From NCBI GenBank assembly GCA_965248055.1, contig CBDFIJ010000004.1:3040001-3104000 (forward strand): DNA of 64,000 nt. The letters run 5' to 3'. Position 1 is the stretch's first letter. Each line of letters begins with the position of its first letter. This document shows positions 53,843-62,072 of the stretch, piece by piece. A program made the position numbers and the translations under genes. Source of the DNA: Candidatus Multivoradales bacterium (GTDB taxonomy: Bacteria > Acidobacteriota > Thermoanaerobaculia > Multivoradales > JAHEKO01). The notes below the pieces were generated by a model. It was not told the DNA's origin. It saw only the letters and a program-made list of their open reading frames with translations, and did not search any database.

Positions 53843-55609
53843 TTACCCCCTCCCGAGCTGTTCCCCGCCGTCAGCCAGATTCCGATGCTGATACAACTCC
53901 CCATCTTCGAATCCCAATTTCCGGTAGTAGTTTCGGGTTCCGACCGCGGAAATGACAGCAAGGTCTCGATAGCCGGCAGCCCGAGCGATTTCGACCGCAC
54001 GTTCGGTGAGCGCAGTACCAAGACCCTGGTGTTGGGTTCTTGACCCCGGCTCAGCCTGCCAGTCCACCACCTGGCCGTAGACGTGGACTTCGCGAATCAT
54101 CGCGCTGTTTTGGATCTCCGGGATGGGCACTGGTTGCTTGGGCAGGCTCAGGCGCAAGAAGCCGGCGATCTGGTCGCTCTCGGTGACGAACTCGAGAAAC
54201 ACTTGGGGCCCGATCGACGAGTCGTACTTGGTGTCGCGCAATTGCAATGCTGAACGTCGCACGCTCTTGCCACGAGTCTCACGAGCCCGGATTTCGACGT
54301 TGATTTTCCCCAGTGCCTCCAGCCTGGCTTCGGCGACCTCTCGCAGATTGGTCACCCGGTTGCCGTCGACGATGTCGCCGCCGGGGATGTCGCGGATGAC
54401 GCGAGTCAAACGGCAGTAGCGGGGTGTGGCTTCCATACAGGCCGCCAAGACCTCGACTAGTTCTTCCTCATCGTAGGGGCGCCAACGACCGTCTTGGTAG
54501 TAGCCCATCAATTCCGCACTCTCAATCAGGCTGCAGGGGTAGATCTTAAGTTCGTCGGGACGGAAGTCGGGATCGTCGAACATGCGCCGGTAATCTTCGA
54601 TGTCGGCTTGCGGACTCGAGCCGTAGAGATTGGCCATCCAGTGCCCGTGGATCTTGAAACCGGCCGCACGCAAACGTTGGACCGCGCTACGCGAGGCGGC
54701 AACGTCATGCCCCCGGTGGTTGGCTTTCAGCACCGCGTCGTTGAGACTTTGAAATCCGATCTGGACTTTGGTGGCTCCCAGGCGGCGCAAACGTGTGATC
54801 TCTGCGTCATCCAGATGATCAGGCCGGGTTTCCAGCACCAACCCGACGCAGCGACTGCCTGCCTCTTCATTGGTTGTTTGGGCAGTAGATAACTGCTGCC
54901 AGGTTGCTGCTCCGGCAAGTTGGTCCATTCCGTTTCGGCGCACCACCTGGTTGTAGTTGTCTTGAGCGATCGTCTCACCACGGACCCGGTCCTCGATCGC
55001 TTCATAGCCGGTCGACGGCAAATCGGGAAGATCCAGGCGGTCGCTGGGGAGAAAGTCGTTCATCGCCTCAAAGCAGCGGAGCACCAACCAAATCTGATAT
55101 TCCTCGGGATAAGACGACCAGGTTCCGCCCAAAACGATCAGCTCGACCTTGTTGACCGAGTGGCCATTGTTGTAAAACGCTTGCAGTCGGGATGCGGTTT
55201 GTCGGTAGGGATCGAAACGATGTTCAGCGGCGCGCTGGGCCCCGGGTTCGTCTGATAGGTAACTCTTGGGCATGCGCACGTCGCTGGGGCAGAAGATGCA
55301 CTTTCCCGGACACGGATAGGGCGGTGTCAAGACCGTCACCGGCGCTACCCCGGAAAGGGTGCGGATCGGTTTCATCCGCACCTTGTCGAGAAACACAGAT
55401 TCGTCCCGTTGCCAGTTGCGCACCTGATTTAGGTGGCGAAAGCCGCGGATGATCTCGGCCTTGGAGTAGAAGCCGCCTTCTTGTTTTGGATGGGCGCGGA
55501 GAATTCTCGCCCACGCCGCATTGTCGAGTCCGGTGGCGGTATCAACCGCCTGGACGATTCCCTCGATCGCCTGTTCGTGCTGCTGAGGATCGAAGGTGTA
55601 GACACTCAC
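53843..55609 (-). CDS. elp3: Elp3-like tRNA U34 carboxymethyltransferase (radical SAM + GNAT)
   Basis: KP.RTLSGV, CPGKCIFCP (short CxxxCxxC variant), GGT, ETRPD, KIYP, R.IRDIP, IREVHVYG, QHQGLG and ISAVGTRNYYRKLG; start uncertain (GTG 55609). Confidence 0.92.
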   Translation of the reverse strand: MSVYTFDPQQHEQAIEGIVQAVDTATGLDNAAWARILRAHPKQEGGFYSKAEIIRGFRHLNQVRNWQRDESVFLDKVRMKPIRTLSGVAPVTVLTPPYPCPGKCIFCPSDVRMPKSYLSDEPGAQRAAEHRFDPYRQTASRLQAFYNNGHSVNKVELIVLGGTWSSYPEEYQIWLVLRCFEAMNDFLPSDRLDLPDLPSTGYEAIEDRVRGETIAQDNYNQVVRRNGMDQLAGAATWQQLSTAQTTNEEAGSRCVGLVLETRPDHLDDAEITRLRRLGATKVQIGFQSLNDAVLKANHRGHDVAASRSAVQRLRAAGFKIHGHWMANLYGSSPQADIEDYRRMFDDPDFRPDELKIYPCSLIESAELMGYYQDGRWRPYDEEELVEVLAACMEATPRYCRLTRVIRDIPGGDIVDGNRVTNLREVAEARLEALGKINVEIRARETRGKSVRRSALQLRDTKYDSSIGPQVFLEFVTESDQIAGFLRLSLPKQPVPIPEIQNSAMIREVHVYGQVVDWQAEPGSRTQHQGLGTALTERAVEIARAAGYRDLAVISAVGTRNYYRKLGFEDGELYQHRNLADGGEQLGRG

Positions 55610-55724
55610 AGAGTTGATTATCCCGCAACCCGAATGGCTACTGGGATGACGCACCAGACCCTGGGTTCCCGCCCCCAGCTCCCGATCCCCTTCGCGCCGG
55701 GGCAAGCTTTCCTCTTTCGCCGAT

Positions 55725-56090
55725 ATGACCCCGGCTCCCTACCCGAACCCCCGCCGGGGCAGGCTCCACATCATCATCCCCGCAGCGCGCCCGATCAACA
55801 TCCCTGTAGGCAGGGCATCCCAACACGTCATCCCCGTAGCATGGGGTGATACATCAACACGTCATCCCCGTAGCATGGGGATACATCAACACGTCATCCC
55901 CGTAGCATGGGGATACATCAACACGTCATCCCCGTAGCATGGGGATACATCAACACGTCATCCCCGTAACGTGGGGATACATCAACACGTCATCCCCGTA
56001 ACGTGGGGATACATCAACACGTCATCCCCGTAGCGTGGGGATACATCAACACGTCCCCCGTAGCGTGGGGGTCCTGGGGGTCGGGGATCT
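55725..56090. repeat. Left direct repeat with 8 x 32-bp hairpin tandem units
   Basis: CAACACGTCATCCCCGTAGCATGGGGATACAT at 55821, 55855, 55887, 55919, 55951, 55983, 56015 and 56047 (last unit variant). Confidence 0.95.
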
Positions 56091-56135
56091 GTTCCCAATC
56101 GCAAGGACGGTTGCTAAAAAGTCGTCTTACCTAAC

Positions 56136-56438
56136 ATGGGTAGCACGTACACCCGACGGCCTTGTGCCTACATTCTCGCCAACAAGCCCCGCGGTGTCCT
56201 CTATGTTGGCGTGACCTCGAATCTTGCTGGTCGTGTCTACCTCCACCGGGAAGGTGTGGTGCGTGGTTTCACCTGGAAGTACAACGTCCACCGGCTAGTC
56301 TGGTTTGAAATGCATGCGACTATGTACGCTGCGATACAACGAGAGAAGCAGATCAAGAAATGGAAACGATCTTGGAAACTCAAGATGATCGAGCGGAGCA
56401 ATTCTGGATGGTCAGACCTGTACGAGACCTTGTTCTAG
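56136..56438 (+). CDS. Small stand-alone GIY-YIG nuclease
   Basis: YILAN...LYVGVTSNL..RV..H..G...FT.KY....LVWFE......AI.REKQIKKWKR.WK...IE..N..W.DL. Confidence 0.92.
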   Translation: MGSTYTRRPCAYILANKPRGVLYVGVTSNLAGRVYLHREGVVRGFTWKYNVHRLVWFEMHATMYAAIQREKQIKKWKRSWKLKMIERSNSGWSDLYETLF

Positions 56439-56445
56439 GCTCGAC

Positions 56446-56745
56446 GAGATCCCGGCCCCCCGCCCTCCCCCCGCCGGGATGACCCCGGCTCCCCACCCGA
56501 ACCTCCGCCGGGGCAGGCTCCCCACCCGAACCCCCGCCGGGGCAGGCTCCACATCATCATCCCCGCAGCGCGCCCGATCAACATCCCTGTAGGCAGGGCA
56601 TCCCAACACGTCATCCCCGTAGCATGGGGATACATCAACACGTCATCCCCGTAGCGTGGGGATACATCAACACGTCATCCCCGTAGCGTGGGGATACATC
56701 AACACGTCATCCCCGTAGCGTGGGGGTCCTGGGGGTCGGGGATCT
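56446..56745. repeat. Right direct repeat with 4 x 32-bp hairpin tandem units
   Basis: Units at 56604, 56636, 56668 and 56700; same leader and same terminal GGGGGTCCTGGGGGTCGGGGATCT as the left copy. Confidence 0.95.
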
Positions 56746-56786
56746 TTCGCAACCTCAATCAAGCGGCTATCAGGTAACGTTTCCCG

Positions 56787-57536
56787 GTGGAAGAGAATAC
56801 CCGCCAGTACCTGGAGCAAGTCAACCGCCGTTTCTATGACCGGCACGGGGCTGCCTTTGCTTCACGGCGCACCCGTCCCTGGCCTGGGTGGGCACCGTTA
56901 ATCGAGAGCCTGCGATCCGATGGGCTGTCGTCGACAGCCCGGATCTTAGACGTCGGTTGTGGTCACGGACGCTTCTTCTCTTGTTTGCAAGAACATCAGT
57001 TGACCCCGGAATACGTCGGTGTCGACCAGAGTCTTGCGCTGCTCCGACTGGCGGCCAACCGTAGCCCTGCGGCCAGCGATGTGATCCGCAGTGCGCACTG
57101 GGTCTGCGCTGATGCCGCCAGCAGCTTGCCGATCAGACGGGGCTTTGACTTAGTGGTCGCCTTCGGACTGTTGCATCACATCCCCAGCAGCCGAGCCAGA
57201 GTCCAATTGATTCAGCGCTTGCAATCCGTGGTCAATCCGGGCGGCTGGTTGGTGTTGACTTTCTGGTTTGCCGACTCCAAACGCCGAGGTCGCGCTGTTG
57301 GTACGGAGTCACAGATCGAAGGCCGCTCATTGGATCGTGGCGATGTTTTATTTCCCTGGGGTGCCCCAGGTGATCCATCCGAAACCGAAGACGCGGTCCG
57401 TTACTGTCATTTTTTTAACAAACACGAAGTTGACGCACTGGCTGAGGCGGTCGGGTGGGGGCCAGGAGTGCGCTTTCGCGCCGATGGTCGCGAGAATCGA
57501 GAGAATGAATACTTGGTTGTCCGGCGACCACCCTAG
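56787..57536 (+). CDS. Class I SAM methyltransferase, Trm9/ALKBH8-like
   Basis: FY....AF...R.RPWP, ILDVGCGHGR, LHHI....R, PGG.....FW, D...PW and RY.H.F. Confidence 0.8.
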   Translation: MEENTRQYLEQVNRRFYDRHGAAFASRRTRPWPGWAPLIESLRSDGLSSTARILDVGCGHGRFFSCLQEHQLTPEYVGVDQSLALLRLAANRSPAASDVIRSAHWVCADAASSLPIRRGFDLVVAFGLLHHIPSSRARVQLIQRLQSVVNPGGWLVLTFWFADSKRRGRAVGTESQIEGRSLDRGDVLFPWGAPGDPSETEDAVRYCHFFNKHEVDALAEAVGWGPGVRFRADGRENRENEYLVVRRPP

Positions 57537-57838
57537 CGATTTGGTGGCCGCGCTCGGTGATTTTCCGGCATCGCAGATCTCGCTGTCTTCGGGAGTTGTT
57601 GCGCGGATAACTGGCGTAACCACCACTCTGAACCTGGAGAGAGTTGGCCGAAAGTGATGTGGGACAAGCGTTTGCGATGCGGCTCAATCTTTGCAGCTGT
57701 AAAGCTGCTACACTCGCCGCAAGCTCGTCGGCGTGAACCGAATTCCGATAACGCAGGACTTGGCGACTGCAGTACAATCGCTGCAGGTCGGGTGGTATTC
57801 GCGATCTCTAGGACAAAGGGACACCGGGAGAATTCAAG

Positions 57839-58063
57839 ATGTCTATGCATTCAAATGAGCAAAACGGAGACCGAGGAAACTCGGATCTGCGAGACACGGA
57901 AAGCGGAAAGAATCGGGCCGAAGATCACAAGCCGGACTATCAAGCACCGCGCATATTGTCGATTGAACCACTGGAGGTCGCGGCTGCAGTTTGCGACCCG
58001 CCGACTGGTCTGTTTGGGAAAGTATTCGTCCCGCCTTCGTCTTGCTCGACTTTAGGCTCCTAG
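57839..58063 (+). CDS. Putative RiPP precursor peptide
   Basis: 74 aa; KPDYQAPRI RRE-type motif, then LEVAAA and VCDPPTGLFGKVFVPPSSCSTLGS; GGGAG RBS; lies directly upstream of the maturases. Confidence 0.75.
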   Translation: MSMHSNEQNGDRGNSDLRDTESGKNRAEDHKPDYQAPRILSIEPLEVAAAVCDPPTGLFGKVFVPPSSCSTLGS

Positions 58064-58123
58064 GGCCCAGGGCTCGGTGCTCGACATAGTTTGTATCCAC
58101 GCTTTTGGCATGAGGGGCCGTGG

Positions 58124-59122
58124 ATGCAAGTAGATAGTTGTGGGTTCGCCGTAGGTGCCAGTCACTTTGAACCTCGTACAGGCGATCGCAATCTCCCGAT
58201 GCCTTGGGGAGAGCACTCTATGGTGATTGCGTTGGGAGGGGAGGTGATGGCCCTGCAAGGTTTGACTTCGCTGCAAGCAGAGGAGATCGGACGAAGTTAC
58301 CAAGTGGTCGATCAAGCCGATGACCAAGAAGCTACCCCTTCAAACATGATCAGCGTAACCTTTCAACGTGGTGCGGTTCCGAAAGTTCGTCCGGGACGCT
58401 TCACTGTGAACCAGATCTACACACCGGAGACTCGTTACATGGCGCAGGTGGTCGAGGTTCTGGGCTGTGGCTTCGCCGCCAAGGTGGATCTCACTGGTAA
58501 GTGCTCAAGTTACTTGACCACGGAACAGGAAGAGTTAACGGCGCAACCAATTGTGCTGCAGAATTTCTTGCGTGTTTCGGCTGCCTACATAGCTCTACGC
58601 CGCGGGGGTTTGCTTTTGCACTCAGCTGCGATTGTGATTGATGACCGTGCTCACCTATTTGTTGGACGATCGGGCGCTGGTAAGACCACACTCTCTCGTA
58701 AGGCATTGGCGGCGGGCTGCAAAGTTTTGAGTGATGATGCGGTCATGGTGTTGCCGAGTCGCGGTTACGGCTTTGAGGTGAGGTTTGTCCCCTTTGCCGG
58801 GGAGCTAGGAATGACCTGTGCCGATCGGCGTCAGTACGCGGTAGCGACTGTCAACTGGTTGATCAAGACGGAACATTTAGCCTTGAGCGAAATAGCACCG
58901 AGCGTTCAAGTGGCTCGTGCCCTTGCCTGCTGCCCAACGGTCAACGCCGACCCTTTCCGCGTTGAGCAAACCATCTCAAACCTAGAGAACTTGTTCCGTT
59001 GCTACAAAATGCCCGAATTTCGATCGTCAAAGGATGAGGATTTCGCCAACGTCGCGGAGCTTTTGACGACCGGATCGAGCTCCTTAAGAGAAGCAGAGAA
59101 CATCCAACTGGGAGCCCTATGA
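58124..59122 (+). CDS. HPr kinase-related P-loop protein, copy 1
   Basis: GLLLHSA...FVGRSGAGKTT...LSDD...PFAGE; ATG 58124 follows GAGGGG. Confidence 0.85.
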   Translation: MQVDSCGFAVGASHFEPRTGDRNLPMPWGEHSMVIALGGEVMALQGLTSLQAEEIGRSYQVVDQADDQEATPSNMISVTFQRGAVPKVRPGRFTVNQIYTPETRYMAQVVEVLGCGFAAKVDLTGKCSSYLTTEQEELTAQPIVLQNFLRVSAAYIALRRGGLLLHSAAIVIDDRAHLFVGRSGAGKTTLSRKALAAGCKVLSDDAVMVLPSRGYGFEVRFVPFAGELGMTCADRRQYAVATVNWLIKTEHLALSEIAPSVQVARALACCPTVNADPFRVEQTISNLENLFRCYKMPEFRSSKDEDFANVAELLTTGSSSLREAENIQLGAL

Positions 59123-59394
59123 AGACTGCGCATAAGGTCAAACTGAGTTCAGATATCCGTTTTCGTCGTCTTGATCACGAAGGGGTCGTAGTGGATCAGT
59201 CCGGGCCTCGAGTGCTTGTGGTTAACGATGTGGGCATTCGTATATTGGAATGGCTTCGCGCGGGAGTTGTCGATGATGAACTGGCCACCAAGGTAGTTGA
59301 TCATTACCAAGTCCCGATCGAAACCGCGACAACGGATGTCGATAACTATCTTTCTACGCTGCTAGCCGAGCAGCTTATCGAGGAATCCAATTGA
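59119..59394 (+). CDS. PqqD-family RiPP recognition element, copy 1
   Basis: FR....EGVVV....N.VG.RI.E.L...Y.V..E.A..DV...L..L....LI; ATGA overlap. Confidence 0.9.
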   Translation: MKTAHKVKLSSDIRFRRLDHEGVVVDQSGPRVLVVNDVGIRILEWLRAGVVDDELATKVVDHYQVPIETATTDVDNYLSTLLAEQLIEESN

Positions 59395-60461
59395 CGTATC
59401 ACGGGGACATCAAAGACCGCATTCGTCAGCAGGGCCTACTGCACGGGGTGATGCTCGAACTCACCTACAAGTGCAACCTTGACTGCTTCTTCTGTTATAA
59501 CGACCGCGGCCTTGAGGGTAAGCAGATGATGCTGTCGGACTATCAGCGTCTGCTGGATGACCTTGCAAACATGGGAGTCTTGTTTGTGACCCTCACCGGT
59601 GGCGAGCCGCTGGTACACCCGGATTTTTTCGCCATCGGCGGCGCGGCTCGCGAGCGAGGCTTTGTTACCTACATTAAGACTGGTGGTCATGGGCTCAAAG
59701 GCGCGGTTGCACGTCGTCTCAAACAAGAGGTCGACCCCTTGGGGATCGAGATCAGTCTGCATGGAGCAACCGCTGAAACCCACGACCGCCAGACGCAAGT
59801 CCCCGGCAGTTTCGACAAATTGATCCGTGCGCTCCCTGAACTCATTGATTTGGGATTGCGTCCTTTGTTTGTCTCCACGTTGACCGCTTGGAACGAGCAC
59901 CAAATCGACGAGATGTTTGAGCTGGTTAATAGCTTTGGTTTACGTCTACGTTTTCAAGGTCCGGTCGCTCCACGCGACGATGGCGACACCGAGCCCTTAT
60001 CTATCCAGCCCTCTGAGGCAGCCTGGCAGCATATGGCCGCGGTTGCTGAGGAATGGCGGCAAACGGCATTGGCTGATACGGAGTGCGCACCACGCGAAGA
60101 GAAGAAAGCCTCCAGCGAACCGAAAGCTTTTTGTGGTGCTGGCAGCGAGGGGATTCTCATCGATCCATACGGCAGTGTGGTTTCGTGCCTGCAGCTGCGC
60201 CGATCTGCGGGAAACGTCCATCAACAGCCGATTCACGAGATTTGGCGATCGCACGTCTTTCGTGACGCAAGGCAGCTTTCCTACGATTCCGCGACCAGGA
60301 TCAAAGAAGAAGGCCCGTTGTCGATTCTCGGCGCGCCCCTCTATTGCCCAGGACTCGAAGAGAAAGGCTGTTCTTGCTCCAGTCAATCCGAGGGTGCAGG
60401 CCGTGGTTGCGGTCCTGGGAAGGAACAGAGTGGCCTGGTTTCGATTGGTAGCTTGGCTTAG
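59391..60461 (+). CDS. Radical SAM peptide maturase with Twitch/truncated SPASM domain, copy 1
   Basis: ELTYKCNLDCFFCY, TGGEP, SLHG...HD and CGAG...IDPYG.V..C....GN. Confidence 0.92.
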   Translation: MTYHGDIKDRIRQQGLLHGVMLELTYKCNLDCFFCYNDRGLEGKQMMLSDYQRLLDDLANMGVLFVTLTGGEPLVHPDFFAIGGAARERGFVTYIKTGGHGLKGAVARRLKQEVDPLGIEISLHGATAETHDRQTQVPGSFDKLIRALPELIDLGLRPLFVSTLTAWNEHQIDEMFELVNSFGLRLRFQGPVAPRDDGDTEPLSIQPSEAAWQHMAAVAEEWRQTALADTECAPREEKKASSEPKAFCGAGSEGILIDPYGSVVSCLQLRRSAGNVHQQPIHEIWRSHVFRDARQLSYDSATRIKEEGPLSILGAPLYCPGLEEKGCSCSSQSEGAGRGCGPGKEQSGLVSIGSLA

Positions 60462-60569
60462 GCTTACTTCTCAGCAATGTAGTAACTCGTCGGCGCTGAA
60501 CGCGATCCTCTGAGGGATTCTTTGGGATTGCCACTTCTAAAGAGGGCCTTTCAACGCAGTCAACCAACG

Positions 60570-60599
60570 TGAAGCTGCCCCGCATAAGTAGGCAGATAG
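60570..60599. mobile_element. Isolated IS3-type terminal repeat remnant
   Basis: TGAAGCTGCCCCGCATAAGTAGGCAGATAG versus the reverse complement of the IS3 right end TGAAGCTGCCCCGTTTTGGTGGACACATAG (23/30 by hand). Confidence 0.45.
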
Positions 60600-60631
60600 T
60601 GTAGCGCTCATTAGGCGAGAGCGATTTGGCT

Positions 60632-60743
60632 AGCGCAGTACCAAGCCCCTGATGTTGGGTTGGTGAGTCCGGCTCAGCCTTCCAGTCGACCATAAGGTCG
60701 TAGACGTGGACCTCGCGGATCATCGTGCTATGTTGAATCTCCG
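60632..60743 (-). pseudogene. Diverged fragment of elp3 (GNAT region)
   Basis: EIQHSTMIREVHVYDLMVDWKAEPDSPTQHQGLGTAL matches 54009-54120 (EIQNSAMIREVHVYGQVVDWQAEPGSRTQHQGLGTAL). Confidence 0.9.
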
Positions 60744-60867
60744 AAATCGCCAACCGGTGGGTTGGGTAAGACTGTGCCGCTCTGCGGCACGCTCGGTTCC
60801 TGACATCGGCAAGAGGCGACGGTGCCGGACTCTGGCTGCTTTGCCTGAGCTTGGGTACCAATCCATC

Positions 60868-61800
60868 ATGATTTCAGCGGCAGCGATTGCAGCAACCGAA
60901 CCGGCCTTCAATCGGGCGGCGCGGACTCCTTGGGGCTCGCGAACGGTAGCCGTGCGCATGGCCGGACTGGATTTGCAGTTTGGCGGACTCAGCGCCCACC
61001 AGGGATCGGTAATCAGAGATCAGTACCGGGTGGCTGATGGTTCTGTGATGATTAGTGGTCAAACCCAAGTGGTCCAGGGCGCGGTTCCTACCATGGTCCC
61101 GGGTCGATTCTCTGTCGACGGGATCTATACCCCCACCTCGACCTTCTCGGAACGAGGGTTGGAGATGGAAGGCTTGGGGTTTCGCAGCAATATAGAACTG
61201 GGAAACCCTATTCGCGGCACCTTGACTACCGATCAAGAAGACCTCACGGTGCAGCCGATCGTGTTGCAGAACTATCTGCGGGGTATCGTTGCCTACTTGT
61301 CATTGCTTCGGGGCGGGTTGCTGCTTCACTGTGCCGTGGTGATCGTCAACGATTTGGCGTACCTTTTCTTGGGGCGTTCTGGCGCTGGCAAAACCACCTT
61401 GGCGCGCACGGCGCTTGCCGAAGGATACGAAGTGTTGAGCGATGACGCCGCGGTTGCCTTGCCGCGAGCTGACGGCGGCTTCGAGGTCGGCTACGTTCCG
61501 TTTGCCGGCGAATTGGGAACCACCTGTACCGATCAACAAACCCTCTATCCGGTTGCTGGGCTGGGATGGTTGGTCAAGAGCCGGGAATTGAGAATCCTGC
61601 CGATGTCTCTAGCGACCCAGATGTCGCGGGCTCTGGCGTGTTGCCCAACTGTGAACGCAGATCCGTACCGAGTCGAGCAAGCGATGTCCAACTTGGAGCA
61701 ATTGCTGGGTGCGAGCCCGATGGACGAAATTCAATTGAACAAAGACATAAGTTTTTCTCGGGTTTTCGATCAATCGAATTGGAAAGGGGTCGGGTCATGA
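60868..61800 (+). CDS. HPr kinase-related P-loop protein, copy 2
   Basis: Paralog of 58124-59122 (PGRF.V..IYTP, QPIVLQN.LR, GRSGAGKTT, LSDD, RALACCPTVNADP). Confidence 0.85.
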   Translation: MISAAAIAATEPAFNRAARTPWGSRTVAVRMAGLDLQFGGLSAHQGSVIRDQYRVADGSVMISGQTQVVQGAVPTMVPGRFSVDGIYTPTSTFSERGLEMEGLGFRSNIELGNPIRGTLTTDQEDLTVQPIVLQNYLRGIVAYLSLLRGGLLLHCAVVIVNDLAYLFLGRSGAGKTTLARTALAEGYEVLSDDAAVALPRADGGFEVGYVPFAGELGTTCTDQQTLYPVAGLGWLVKSRELRILPMSLATQMSRALACCPTVNADPYRVEQAMSNLEQLLGASPMDEIQLNKDISFSRVFDQSNWKGVGS

Positions 61801-62072
61801 ATACGGCTGTTACCTTGAGCGCAGATCTGCGCTTTCGCCGACTCGATCAGGAAGGGGTTTTGGTCGATCAGGCGAACGGGCCACGCATCGTCGTGGTCAA
61901 TGAAGTCGGCATCCGCATTCTGGAGATGCTGCGTGAAGGGGTTGCCGGGAACGACTTGGCGGCCAATGTCGCCTCTGAGTATCAGGTCGACCCTGAGACC
62001 GCGGCCAAGGATGTGCAGTCCTTCTTGGTCGAACTGCAATCTCAGGGATTGGTGCAAGGGGTAGTTTCCTGA
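61797..62072 (+). CDS. PqqD-family RiPP recognition element, copy 2
   Basis: MNTAVTLSADLRFRRLDQEG...; ATGA overlap with kinase copy 2. Confidence 0.9.
   Translation: MNTAVTLSADLRFRRLDQEGVLVDQANGPRIVVVNEVGIRILEMLREGVAGNDLAANVASEYQVDPETAAKDVQSFLVELQSQGLVQGVVS

Noticed and set aside
55821-56745. CRISPR array
   Set aside because: Units are contiguous 32-bp repeats with no unique spacers, and there are no cas genes.
60301-60861. 186-aa minus-strand ORF as a gene
   Set aside because: Chance frame containing only the ~37-codon elp3 remnant; it overlaps rSAM copy 1 antisense.
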